This document shows positions 38,404-47,982 of a DNA stretch of 64,000 nt, piece by piece. The stretch comes from Candidatus Hydrothermales bacterium (lineage in GTDB: Bacteria > Hydrothermota > Hydrothermia > Hydrothermales > JAJRUZ01), in NCBI GenBank assembly GCA_039630575.1, contig JBCNUW010000003.1:1-64000 (forward strand), written 5' to 3'. The position numbers and the translations under genes were made by a program. The notes under the pieces are model-generated. The model was not told the origin of the DNA, ran no database searches, and saw only the letters and a program-made list of their open reading frames with translations. Positions within the stretch are counted from its first letter, which is position 1; every line of letters begins with the position of its first letter.

Positions 38404-39464
38404 TCAACTAACCTTACATCTGAATGATCCCCGAGTATAAATCTATGAATTCTTGGTCTTGAATGATCTTGAAAAATTTTTACTTCCTTTCCTATTATGC
38501 TCATTTCTATCCTTCCTTTTATATCCCTTATTTCACTTTTTTCCATTATAATTGAATCTTCAATCTCCATGTTTTCAATGTAACAATCCTCCTGAATTGA
38601 TGTAAATGGACCAATATAACTTTTGATAATTTTTGTACCAGACTTAATAACAACAGGCCCTCTTATTGAACTATCAATTATTTGAGCACCATTTTCAACT
38701 TTAACTTTACCTATTATTTTAGAGTTAATTATCTTTCCCTCTATTTCGGGTTCTAAATCCTCAAGAACAAATCTGTTTGCCTCAATAAGATCTTCAGGTT
38801 TACCAGTATCTTTCCACCATCCTTTTATAAGAAGGGCATCAACTACTAAATTTTTATCAATAAGCCATTGAATAGCATCCGTAATTTCAAGTTCATTTCT
38901 CCATGAGGGTTTTATTTCCTCACAGGCTTTGAAGATATTTTTATCAAAAAAATATACTCCAACAAGAGCAAATTCAGAAGGTGGATTTTTGGGTTTTTCA
39001 ATAAGTCTGATAACTTTTCCATCTTTAAGTTCAGCAACACCAAAATCTTGAGGATTTGGAACCCTAGATAGAAGAATAAGTGAATTTGAATTTTTTCTCT
39101 CAAAATACTCACGGAATTTCCTTAGATCATCCTTTATAAGGTTATCTCCAAGAAAAACTATAAAAGGATCGTCTCCTATAAATTCTCTAGAAATTTTAAC
39201 AGCATGAGCTAAACCAAGTGGTTTTGGTTGAAAAATGTAACTCACTTTAACATTAAACTTTGAACCATTTCCTACAGCATTTTTTATCTCTTCACCTGTT
39301 TCACCTATAACTATACCAACATCTTCGATTCCAGCATTTCTAATTGCTTCAATTCCGTAAAAAAGTATTGGCTTTCCTCCAACAGGTATAAGTTGTTTTG
39401 CAGATGTATGAGTAAGTGGTCTTAACCTTGTTCCTCTGCCTCCACTTAAAATTAATGCCTTCAT
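38400..39464 (-). CDS. rmlA: Glucose-1-phosphate thymidylyltransferase (long form)
   Basis: LSGGRGTRLRPLT..AKQL.PV, Q..PLGLAHA, LGDN, EKP, ELEITD, WWKDTG; C-terminal beta-helix. Confidence 0.9.
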   Translation of the reverse strand: MKALILSGGRGTRLRPLTHTSAKQLIPVGGKPILFYGIEAIRNAGIEDVGIVIGETGEEIKNAVGNGSKFNVKVSYIFQPKPLGLAHAVKISREFIGDDPFIVFLGDNLIKDDLRKFREYFERKNSNSLILLSRVPNPQDFGVAELKDGKVIRLIEKPKNPPSEFALVGVYFFDKNIFKACEEIKPSWRNELEITDAIQWLIDKNLVVDALLIKGWWKDTGKPEDLIEANRFVLEDLEPEIEGKIINSKIIGKVKVENGAQIIDSSIRGPVVIKSGTKIIKSYIGPFTSIQEDCYIENMEIEDSIIMEKSEIRDIKGRIEMSIIGKEVKIFQDHSRPRIHRFILGDHSDVRLVE

Positions 39465-39880
39465 TTTATTAATTTCCTAAGTTCTTTTAAATTTTCCCTG
39501 TCTATAATTTTCTTTTCTAAAATCTCATAAACTTTTTCTCTGTCTTCTTTAAAATGGAAAAGTTCTATTAATTCTTTAGCCTGAGAAGTGGTAACTTTTT
39601 TCCCCTCTACAAGTTTTCTTAACTCCTCTAATGCCTTATCAACTATGGGAATATTTGCCATTTTCTCCTTAAATTCTCTTAACTCCTTGTCAGTTAAGTT
39701 TTTTTCCTCAATTATTAAAAGTTTTTTTATTTCTTTAATTAAGATTCTTAATGATTCCCTTTTGATTTCTTCCTCTCTATTCTCTATAATTTTTTCTATT
39801 TTCTCTAAATTCATAAGTATTAATTCCCTGTCACTTTTACTTATGGTGGTTATTAGAATTATTATAAAATTAGTAAGCAT
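39461..39880 (-). CDS. Hypothetical helical protein (DUF4476-like C-terminus)
   Basis: Short hydrophobic N-terminus; T..QAKELIELF.F..DR......IIDREN pattern; in line with rmlA. Confidence 0.5.
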   Translation of the reverse strand: MLTNFIIILITTISKSDRELILMNLEKIEKIIENREEEIKRESLRILIKEIKKLLIIEEKNLTDKELREFKEKMANIPIVDKALEELRKLVEGKKVTTSQAKELIELFHFKEDREKVYEILEKKIIDRENLKELRKLIK

Positions 39881-39944
39881 TTTATATTATACATTAAATT
39901 TAATGAAAATTGAAAATTAAAGTTTCTTTAATATATAAAATAGC

Positions 39945-40493
39945 ATGGCAGTGAAACATTTATATCATTCTTATCCAGTAGTTCCGTGTATATTAATTGT
40001 AAAGCATAGTGATAAGGTCAACGGGATGTCAATAGCTTGGCACTCACCTCTTTCCTTTTCACCACCACTATATGGAGTTTTGATATCTCCAAAAAGATAC
40101 ACCTATGAACTACTTGTAAAGGCTAAAGATTTTACGATTAACTTTGTTGATTATCAGAGTGCTAAACTTTTTGCTATAATGGGAAGGATAAGTGGTAGAA
40201 CAAGGGATAAAATTAAGGATTTTAATATAGAATTAAAGGATTCTCAAAAAGTTAATTCACCCTATCTAAAAGATGCCTATGCTGTGTATGAGTGTATTAA
40301 AACAAGACAGGTAATTACCGGAGATCACATACTTTTTGTGGGTGAAGTTGTAGAAGTTCATGAAAGGGAAAAAACTTTTGATGAAGAGGGTTTACCAAAT
40401 CTAAAAGAGCTAAAACCTGCTTTCTATCTTGGTAGGGATAAATACTTTACTATAAAAGAAATAGAGGAACCCAAACTAATCTTACCAGAATAG
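39945..40493 (+). CDS. Flavin reductase-like protein
   Basis: YP...NGM...W..PLSFSPP, FTINF, ISGR..DK, GDH.LFVGEVV. Confidence 0.9.
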   Translation: MAVKHLYHSYPVVPCILIVKHSDKVNGMSIAWHSPLSFSPPLYGVLISPKRYTYELLVKAKDFTINFVDYQSAKLFAIMGRISGRTRDKIKDFNIELKDSQKVNSPYLKDAYAVYECIKTRQVITGDHILFVGEVVEVHEREKTFDEEGLPNLKELKPAFYLGRDKYFTIKEIEEPKLILPE

Positions 40494-40500
40494 TATAAAC

Positions 40501-41424
40501 TCATTTTCTGTAGAAATAAAATTCTTTATCTTTTATTAATGTTACTCTAAGTGTTCCCTTTTCTATTTCTTTCAAAAGTCTTTCTTTAAGTTCTTTTTCA
40601 TTTATTCTTGTTAGTTTTTTTATTTCATTGAATTCATAGGGCCTTCTTTTTATTGCATCTAAGATTTCTTCGAAGGTAAGCAAATTCTCATTTAATTGTT
40701 TAGATGGAAGGTAAATAACTTGAGCTTTATCACTTATTTTTTTTGCAAAGTCTAAGGCTTTCTCGTATGAAGGTAATTTAACCCAATTTTCAGCTGGTGG
40801 TCTGGAAGGAGTATTTATGTAAACCATATGGGGGTTTAATTTGTTTACAAAGCTATTTAAATTTTTTATGTCCTCTTCTGAATCATTTAAGCCTTCAATA
40901 TACATTATTTCAAGTTCATATCTTCCTTTAAATTCCTCTCTCATTTTTAAGAGTCCCTCTTTTATATCTTCATATTTTATGTCATGATGAGGTCTTGATA
41001 ATTTCAAAAAAGTTTTCTCAGTTCCTGCATCAAGAGAGGGACAAAAAATGTCTAGATTTTTAATCTCATCCCTTATTTCTCTCCTGTTAAGAAAAGGTGC
41101 ATGGGTTAAAAGAGCTATTTTCTGATAAGGTAAAAGAAATTTTAACTTATCTATCATCTCTCCTAATCTCGAATAAAGTAGCGGTTCTCCAGAACCTGAG
41201 AAGGTCAATACACAAGGATTAAATCTTTTAACACCTTCTATTACTTCCTCTATTACCTTTTCGAAAGGAACATATTCTTTTCTTTCATTAGTAAGCTTAT
41301 ATGTTCCTCCAAGTTGACAGAAAACACAATTAAAGTTACAAGTTTTAAGTGGTAAAAGGTCAATTCCAAGTGATTTTCCAAATCTTCTTGAATTAACCGG
41401 TCCGTATATATATTTAAATTTCAA
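40501..41424 (-). CDS. Radical SAM protein (COG0731-like)
   Basis: YGPV.SRRFGKSLGIDL, CNFNCVFC, TFSGSGEP, SLDAG, INTP.RPPAE. Confidence 0.88.
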   Translation of the reverse strand: MKFKYIYGPVNSRRFGKSLGIDLLPLKTCNFNCVFCQLGGTYKLTNERKEYVPFEKVIEEVIEGVKRFNPCVLTFSGSGEPLLYSRLGEMIDKLKFLLPYQKIALLTHAPFLNRREIRDEIKNLDIFCPSLDAGTEKTFLKLSRPHHDIKYEDIKEGLLKMREEFKGRYELEIMYIEGLNDSEEDIKNLNSFVNKLNPHMVYINTPSRPPAENWVKLPSYEKALDFAKKISDKAQVIYLPSKQLNENLLTFEEILDAIKRRPYEFNEIKKLTRINEKELKERLLKEIEKGTLRVTLIKDKEFYFYRK

Positions 41425-42006
41425 TTAGGATTTTGGATATCCAATTGGAATAATATAAATTGGGTCAAAATCTGTTTCAAGAGTTTTTTTAATTTTATCA
41501 TCTTCAAAAGCACCAACAGGACATGAGGCAAGTTCAAGATAAGTTGCACATAACATCAGATTCTGAGCAGCATGTCCCGCATCAATATAAACATACCTTT
41601 CACCTCTTTTACCATACCTTGAAGTTGTCCTATAAAAATCTGCTGCAATTATAAAAACTAAAGGTGCATCCTTAATAAAATCCTGGTTATAGGAAAACCT
41701 GGATAATTTTTCCCTTAAATCGCCATCCTTTACTTTTATAATTGAGTTCTCCTCAGGCAAATACCTAAAAAGACCCTCTTTGTTACAGAAAAATATTTCA
41801 AGGGGATATCTTGCTCCTGCTGATGGGGCTGTTTTGAGTTTATATTCTTCCTCTGTTATACCATAGGTAGCCCAAAGTAAGGTAGAAATCTCCTCCAAAG
41901 TTGGTTCTTTTTTGGGGTCAAATTCTCTCACTGTCCTTCTTTTTTCCAGAACCCTTATAAAATCCTTATTTTTAATTAAAATATCTTTTAACTTTATTTT
42001 ATTCAT
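41425..42006 (-). CDS. SagB/ThcOx-family nitroreductase
   Basis: RRTVREF, LLWA.YG, TAPSAGARYPLE, DAGHAAQN..L.A, GAFED. Confidence 0.9.
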   Translation of the reverse strand: MNKIKLKDILIKNKDFIRVLEKRRTVREFDPKKEPTLEEISTLLWATYGITEEEYKLKTAPSAGARYPLEIFFCNKEGLFRYLPEENSIIKVKDGDLREKLSRFSYNQDFIKDAPLVFIIAADFYRTTSRYGKRGERYVYIDAGHAAQNLMLCATYLELASCPVGAFEDDKIKKTLETDFDPIYIIPIGYPKS

Positions 42007-42027
42007 GTCTTTAATATAAAATAATAA

Positions 42028-43437
42028 ATGCTAAAATTTCTACTTTTTGTTTTTTTTGATTTAAAGTCTTTTTCCACTGGTGTATCTAATACTGGATATT
42101 CCTATCCCTTTTCTCTTTTGTTTGAAGAAGATCTTCTAAGACCCTATTTTTCTTTTAATACCTTACAATCTAGAAAAGGGAAATTCATAAAGGATGGGTA
42201 TTATTCCTACTCAGCAGGATTTAATGTTGATTCAATTAACTCACTACGTTTTACTCTCTCTTCAGAGTTTTTTCAAGGTAAGGTAAAAAGTACTGATTTT
42301 TCTCTTTTAACTGGAACGAAGCTTTTTTCTTATCTTGCTGGATATTTAGGTTTTTATGGAATTATAGAAGAGGATTTAAGTCTTATATCAGGTTTAAGGT
42401 TTAAAATTCAAAATCCCCTTTATAGAGGTTTTTTTGAGGGTTCGCTAATCGGTCCTGGGGTTAAAAAGATTAATTTAAAATTTATAACAAGAATTCTTAT
42501 TACAGAAATTAGAACTTTTAAAAATGTGAGTGTTCAAGCTTTGAGTTTTTCCTTTGGCAAACTTCAAAAGTTTCAGAGTGGTTTTTCAACTGAATTTCTT
42601 ATTTTAGAAAAATTTTCAGCTGGAATTGGTGTTACCTGGATAGAGGGAATGCAACCCTATCCTTCTGTTTTTTTATCTTATTTCACAAATTTTATAGAAA
42701 AAACAGATTATCTACTTTCTTTTTCAATTAATTTTCTTCCTAAAAATGATGTTCGATATTCTTTTTCCTTTAATGTTTTGATTGGTGATGAGAAATGGAA
42801 GGAAAAAGAATTAAGAAAAAAGAAAATTGAAATGGAAAATCTTAAAAGACTTATTGCTGAGTCAGATAAAAAGCTTAAAGAGGCACAAAAACTTTATGAA
42901 GAAACATCTAAACTTAATCAAGAAATTGAGAGAAAAAAGAGAGAAATAGATTCTTTGAAAAATTTTTTAGAAAGGGAAAAAGAGGAGGTAAAAAGATTTA
43001 GGGAAGAGGCATTAGAAGCTTTAAAGAAAATAGAGGGTTTAAAGATTCAAGAAGAAAAAGAGTTCATCAAAATAACTGCAACTGAGAAGGCCGTTCATTT
43101 TGAAATAGGTGGAACAGGTTTAACTGTTGAAAGTATTTTAACTCTTAAAAGAATAGCAAATTTTTTGAAGACCTATCCCAAGTACAAAGTAAGGGTTGAG
43201 GGTCATACAGATAATATACCTATTGGTCCTCTTTTAAAAGCAAAGTTTAAAGATAATTTAGAGCTCTCAGAAGCAAGAGCTAAGGCTGTTTGTGATTACT
43301 TTATCATGGTTGAAAATCTCACAAATTTAGAGTTTGAATATGAAGGATTTGGGGATAAAAGACCAATAGCCCCTAACAACACAGAGGAGGGTAGAGCTCA
43401 GAACAGGAGGGTAGAAATAATAATAGAGAAAAGGTGA
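42028..43437 (+). CDS. Beta-rich N-domain, coiled coil and OmpA/MotB peptidoglycan-binding domain
   Basis: VEGHTD, N.ELSEARA, G.G..RP.APN.T.EGRAQNRRVEI. Confidence 0.85.
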   Translation: MLKFLLFVFFDLKSFSTGVSNTGYSYPFSLLFEEDLLRPYFSFNTLQSRKGKFIKDGYYSYSAGFNVDSINSLRFTLSSEFFQGKVKSTDFSLLTGTKLFSYLAGYLGFYGIIEEDLSLISGLRFKIQNPLYRGFFEGSLIGPGVKKINLKFITRILITEIRTFKNVSVQALSFSFGKLQKFQSGFSTEFLILEKFSAGIGVTWIEGMQPYPSVFLSYFTNFIEKTDYLLSFSINFLPKNDVRYSFSFNVLIGDEKWKEKELRKKKIEMENLKRLIAESDKKLKEAQKLYEETSKLNQEIERKKREIDSLKNFLEREKEEVKRFREEALEALKKIEGLKIQEEKEFIKITATEKAVHFEIGGTGLTVESILTLKRIANFLKTYPKYKVRVEGHTDNIPIGPLLKAKFKDNLELSEARAKAVCDYFIMVENLTNLEFEYEGFGDKRPIAPNNTEEGRAQNRRVEIIIEKR

Positions 43438-45164
43438 AATCTTTAATTAATCTCTTTTTTAGATGGAAAAAGAGTTTTTTCATTGGATTAATTGCTCTTT
43501 TTATTGTAGATGGAGCACAGCTTGTGTTGCCACTTGTAATAAGAGAAGTAATTCTGGCAATTGAAAAAGAAAAAGAGTTTTTTTCATTTTTAAAATACTC
43601 AACTTTTATTTTTATTTTGTCAACATTCATCCTTATATTTAGGTTTTTTTGGCGATACTATATATTGGGAGCAGCAAGAGAGATAGAAGCTTTTTTAAGG
43701 AAAAAACTATATGACCATCTTATAACACTCCACTTTTCCTTCTTTAATAAAAGGGGTGTAGGAAATCTCATGGCTCATATAACTAATGATCTTGAGGCTA
43801 TAAAGATGGCTTCTGGTATAGGCATAGTTGCCTTTTTTGATTTTTTGATTATGGTCACCTTTTCTTTTATTATAATGTTTTCAATTTCACCTAAATTAAC
43901 TCTTTTTATTCTTATTCCTTTCCCTTTACTTTCATTACTTATGATCTTTATTGGTCCAAAAATTCACAACTCTTTTAAGAGAGTTCAAGAAAAATTTTCA
44001 AGTTTAACAGAAAAATCTAAAGAAATTGTTAGTTCTATAAAGGTAGTTAAATCTTTTGTTTTAGAAAAAAGTAAACTTAATGAGTTTTCTGAAGAAAATG
44101 AAAAATATTTGAAAGAGAATTTAAATTTAGCTTTTGTTTATGGGATTTTTGAAGCCCTTATAATTTTTATATCAGGCCTTTCAGTTTTTTTTCTTTTAAC
44201 TCTTGGAGGAAAGAGAGTAATAATAAAAGATCTTAGTCTGGGCGATTTTGTAGCCTTTATATCCTATCTTGATCTCCTTGTTTGGCCTGTGATGGCTTTA
44301 GGCTGGACTTTGAATATTTTTCAGAGGGCTTCAGCTTCAATGAATAGGATTGAGGTTCTGCTCTCAGAAAAAAATGAAATGAAAGATGGCTACATTAGAA
44401 TTGATAAAAATTTAAAAGGTAAAATTGAAATCAAGGATTTAAATTATCAATTAAATGGAAGGATTATTCTGAGAAATATAAATCTTACAATTAAACCCAA
44501 AAAATTTATTGGTATAACAGGTAAACCTGGAGGAGGTAAATCGACTCTTTTATACCTTCTTTCGAGAATCTATGATCCACCAGATGGAACAATATTTATT
44601 GATGATATAGATATAAAAAATTATAGAATAAATGATTTAAGAGAAAATGTTATTCTACTTGAGCAGGAACCTTTCATTTTTTCAGCAACAATAAAAGAAA
44701 ATACACTTTTAGGTTCTGAATATAATCTAACTGACGATAAGATTGTTAAGGCTTTAGAATTTTCATGTTTAGAGAAAGATTTAGAAAGTCTCAGAAACGG
44801 AATTTTCACTTTTATAGGGGAAAGGGGTGTAACACTCTCTGGAGGTCAAAGACAGAGGTTAAGTCTGTCAAGGATTTTTTTTAAAAAGCCTAAGATTTTA
44901 CTTATTGATGACGCTCTCTCTTCTCTTGATTTTGAAACTGAAAATAAAGTTTTTGAAAATATTTTAAAAGAATTCAGAGATATAACTTTGATTGTTGTTT
45001 CAACAAGGATAAAAGTTTTAATGAAATGTGATGAAGTTTTTGTTTTTGAAAAGGGGGAGATTGTTGAAAGAGGAACACCTCTTGAGCTTATAAATTTAGG
45101 TGGATTTTTCAGTGCTCTTTACGAGTTACAGACAGCTTTAATGAAGGAAGAAATAAAAATGTAA
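43434..45164 (+). CDS. Heterodimeric ABC exporter subunit (degenerate Walker B/switch)
   Basis: Fused TMD and NBD; GKPGGGKST, LSGGQ, IDDA (D for the catalytic E), STR in place of the H-switch. Confidence 0.92.
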   Translation: MKSLINLFFRWKKSFFIGLIALFIVDGAQLVLPLVIREVILAIEKEKEFFSFLKYSTFIFILSTFILIFRFFWRYYILGAAREIEAFLRKKLYDHLITLHFSFFNKRGVGNLMAHITNDLEAIKMASGIGIVAFFDFLIMVTFSFIIMFSISPKLTLFILIPFPLLSLLMIFIGPKIHNSFKRVQEKFSSLTEKSKEIVSSIKVVKSFVLEKSKLNEFSEENEKYLKENLNLAFVYGIFEALIIFISGLSVFFLLTLGGKRVIIKDLSLGDFVAFISYLDLLVWPVMALGWTLNIFQRASASMNRIEVLLSEKNEMKDGYIRIDKNLKGKIEIKDLNYQLNGRIILRNINLTIKPKKFIGITGKPGGGKSTLLYLLSRIYDPPDGTIFIDDIDIKNYRINDLRENVILLEQEPFIFSATIKENTLLGSEYNLTDDKIVKALEFSCLEKDLESLRNGIFTFIGERGVTLSGGQRQRLSLSRIFFKKPKILLIDDALSSLDFETENKVFENILKEFRDITLIVVSTRIKVLMKCDEVFVFEKGEIVERGTPLELINLGGFFSALYELQTALMKEEIKM

Positions 45165-46900
45165 TGGAAGATATAAGACTTCTTTACTACATAGTAAGAT
45201 TTATAAGACCTTATTTTTTTGTTCTCATAATAACTTTTTTGATTCTTTCTATTACAACAATTTGTGATATGTTATCTCCAATAATATTGAAAGAGACCAT
45301 AGATAAGGGTATTATACCATTTTTAAATAAGAGAGAAATAAAGGAACTTTATAAGTATTCAACTTTTTACTTACTTTTAATATCTTTATCTTCTATTAGT
45401 ACTTATTTCTTTATAGTGCTTGTTAACTATTTAGGAAACAAAGTAATGATGGATATAAGAAATGAATTGCTTGATAAGATACTTTCTCTTAAACTATCTT
45501 ATTTTGACAAAAATCCTATAGGGAGAATTGTAACAAGGTTAACAAATGACGTTCAATCATTAAATGAGTTTTTTTCTTCTGTTCTTGTTTATCTTCTAAA
45601 GGATATTTTTCTTCTCATAGGTATCCTTTTTATTATGTTAAAAATGAACATGTTTTTAACCTTTTTTATTTTAATTTTAGTCCCTTCTCTTTTTGTGATA
45701 TCAAGTAAGTTTAGAAAAGTTGTTAGAAAGGCTTATAGTGATATAAGAAAATATATTGCTGAAGTTAATGCTTTTGTTCAGGAAAGTTTTTCTGGAATAA
45801 AGGTTATAAATGTTTTTAAAAAAGAGGATTTTTTTAAAGATAAGTTTCAAAGGATTAATAAAAATCTTTTAGAGGCTAACATAGAGCAGGTAAAGAGTTT
45901 TGCAATTTTTAGACCACTTGTTGATTTCCATGAGTTTTTATCTATCGCTCTGATAATTCTTATATCAGGTCCTATGATAGTAAAGGGAAGTTTCACAATA
46001 GGTTCTCTTGTAGCATTTATTTCTTATGTTAGGATGTTTTATAGACCAATAATGGATCTTGCAGAGAAATATAATATTTTTCAATCAGCCTTAGCAGCAC
46101 TTGAAAGGATTGACGGAGTTTTTAGAGAGATGCCAGAGACAAAAAGTGTTGGAATTGTAAGAAAAATAGAAGGAAATATTGTGTTTGATAATGTATATTT
46201 TTCATATGAAGAAGGAGGGGATTGGGTTTTAAAGGGGGTCTCTTTTGAAATTAAAAGTGGAGAAAAAGTTGCACTTGTTGGTCCAACTGGTTCTGGAAAA
46301 AGTTCAATTATTAATTTGATTTTAGGTTTTTATCCCTTTCAAAAGGGTAAAATTTTAATCGATGGAATTGATATAAAATGTTTTGATTTTAAAACTTTAA
46401 GAAAACAGATAGGAGTCGTTTTACAAGAAAACTTCATTTTTGAAGATACTCTTTTGAATAATATAAAACTTTATAATAACATCCAAGATACAAAGATCAA
46501 GGAAGCAATTGAAAAAAGTTATTTATCCTTTTTAATTGAGAAATTACAAGATGGTTTAATGACAAAGATAACATCAGATTCTCTTTCTGTTGGTGAAAAA
46601 CAGCTTGTTGCAATAGCTAGGATTTTTGCTTATGATAAAAGAATCGTAATATTAGATGAGGCAACGAGTCATATTGACCCGTATACTGAACATCTCATTT
46701 ACAAGGCAATTGAGGAGCTTTTAAAAGATAGAACCTCAATAATAATAGCCCACAGACTTTCAACAGTAAGAAGATGTGACAAAATAATAGTTATTTTTAA
46801 AGGAAAAATTGTTGAAATGGGAACTCATGAGGAATTATTAGAGAAGGATGGTTTTTATAGCAAGTTATTAAAAGTTGGAAGGTTGGACGTAATTGTATAA
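45164..46900 (+). CDS. Heterodimeric ABC exporter subunit (degenerate signature)
   Basis: Fused TMD and NBD; GPTGSGKSS, LSVGE, LDEAT, IAHRLST; TM287/288-type asymmetry with the upstream gene. Confidence 0.92.
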   Translation: MEDIRLLYYIVRFIRPYFFVLIITFLILSITTICDMLSPIILKETIDKGIIPFLNKREIKELYKYSTFYLLLISLSSISTYFFIVLVNYLGNKVMMDIRNELLDKILSLKLSYFDKNPIGRIVTRLTNDVQSLNEFFSSVLVYLLKDIFLLIGILFIMLKMNMFLTFFILILVPSLFVISSKFRKVVRKAYSDIRKYIAEVNAFVQESFSGIKVINVFKKEDFFKDKFQRINKNLLEANIEQVKSFAIFRPLVDFHEFLSIALIILISGPMIVKGSFTIGSLVAFISYVRMFYRPIMDLAEKYNIFQSALAALERIDGVFREMPETKSVGIVRKIEGNIVFDNVYFSYEEGGDWVLKGVSFEIKSGEKVALVGPTGSGKSSIINLILGFYPFQKGKILIDGIDIKCFDFKTLRKQIGVVLQENFIFEDTLLNNIKLYNNIQDTKIKEAIEKSYLSFLIEKLQDGLMTKITSDSLSVGEKQLVAIARIFAYDKRIVILDEATSHIDPYTEHLIYKAIEELLKDRTSIIIAHRLSTVRRCDKIIVIFKGKIVEMGTHEELLEKDGFYSKLLKVGRLDVIV

Positions 46901-47556
46901 TGGGTCTTTTTGATTTTGTATATCTTTACTTTTGTATCATTTCCACTTCCTTTATAGCATTAATTTTAATTTATTTTAAAATTTTTGAAGATAATTCTTT
47001 TTTTCCGATAACTTTTGTTGGCTCCGTTGTTTTTTTTAACTTAGGTTTAAAAGGTGTTTTTGCTCTTATTTTTTTTGTTTTTTCTTCTGTATTTTGGGGC
47101 TCCTTTAGGAGGGTAAAACATCCACCCAGAAATTATAAAGAAGTTTTGGCAAATGGTTTAATTCCCGCAATTTTGTCATTTTTTGATTATCATCTTTTTC
47201 TTTCTTCCCTTGCGGCAGTTTTGTCTGATACTTGGTCAAGTGAAACAGGGCTATCTTTTTCAAAAAATGCTTACAGTTTAAAGGGTTTAAAAAAGGTTAA
47301 ACCTGGAACAGAAGGAGCTGTTTCATTAATAGGAACAGTCATGGGAGCATTGGGTGCCCTCATTTTTTCCTTTTTTTCAGTTAAAAGTTCTTTTATCTTG
47401 CCAATTTTTATTTCAGGTTTTTTAGGTAATATCTTGGATTCCTTTTTGGGTTCCTATTTAGAGGGAAAGGTTAAGATTTTTACCTCAGATTTTATTAATT
47501 TTCTGATAACAGCATTTTCTCCATTAATTTTCTTCATCTTTATTAAGCTCAAGTAA
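46900..47556 (+). CDS. DUF92/TMEM19-family membrane protein
   Basis: R...VLANG, DTWSSE.G, PGTEGAVSL.G, DSFLG..LE, D.INF. Confidence 0.88.
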   Translation: MGLFDFVYLYFCIISTSFIALILIYFKIFEDNSFFPITFVGSVVFFNLGLKGVFALIFFVFSSVFWGSFRRVKHPPRNYKEVLANGLIPAILSFFDYHLFLSSLAAVLSDTWSSETGLSFSKNAYSLKGLKKVKPGTEGAVSLIGTVMGALGALIFSFFSVKSSFILPIFISGFLGNILDSFLGSYLEGKVKIFTSDFINFLITAFSPLIFFIFIKLK

Positions 47557-47982
47557 ATACTCATAGGCATCCTCCTTATAACCATAATAACCTCTTATTA
47601 ATCTTATTTTTTTAAAACCGAATCTCTCATAAAATTTTATAGCCCTTTCATTTGAAATTCTTACTTCTAAAAAGATATATCTTTTAAGTTCTCTTCTTGC
47701 TTTATTTATCAGGTCTTTTAAAAGTATCTTTCCATAACCTAAACCCTGAAACTCTCTTTTTACAGCAATATTTTTTAAGTAATAACTTTTTTCATATTCA
47801 CCTGCTATTAAGTAACCTATTATCTTTCCATCGAGTTCAAGAACTGTAAAGTAGTTTGAGGGATTCTTTAATTCGTAAATAAAGGAGTAAAAGGACCATG
47901 GATCGGGAAAAACTTCTTTTTCAATTTTTATTATCTCAGCTATATCCCTTAATTTTACCTTTCTCAACAAGGGATTTTTCAT
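47524..47982 (-). CDS. rimI: Ribosomal-protein-alanine N-acetyltransferase
   Basis: IEK..F.DPWS, NIAV...QG.G.G, LEVR.SN..AI.FY..FGF, YY..EDA; follows tsaB. Confidence 0.88.
   Translation of the reverse strand: MKNPLLRKVKLRDIAEIIKIEKEVFPDPWSFYSFIYELKNPSNYFTVLELDGKIIGYLIAGEYEKSYYLKNIAVKREFQGLGYGKILLKDLINKARRELKRYIFLEVRISNERAIKFYERFGFKKIRLIRGYYGYKEDAYEYLLELNKDEEN

Noticed and set aside
34821..41424. Complete AmmeMemoRadiSam system
   Set aside because: No MEMO1 gene is in the window, and the radical SAM protein is COG0731-like rather than the PflA-like partner.
39945..42006. RiPP cluster (SagB-type dehydrogenase, radical SAM, flavin reductase)
   Set aside because: No YcaO, precursor peptide, RRE or SPASM motif is visible; stand-alone SagB-like and COG0731-like genes are common.
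43434..46900. Degenerate ABC motifs read as pseudogenisation
   Set aside because: The pattern matches the known single degenerate site of heterodimeric exporters, and both frames are intact.
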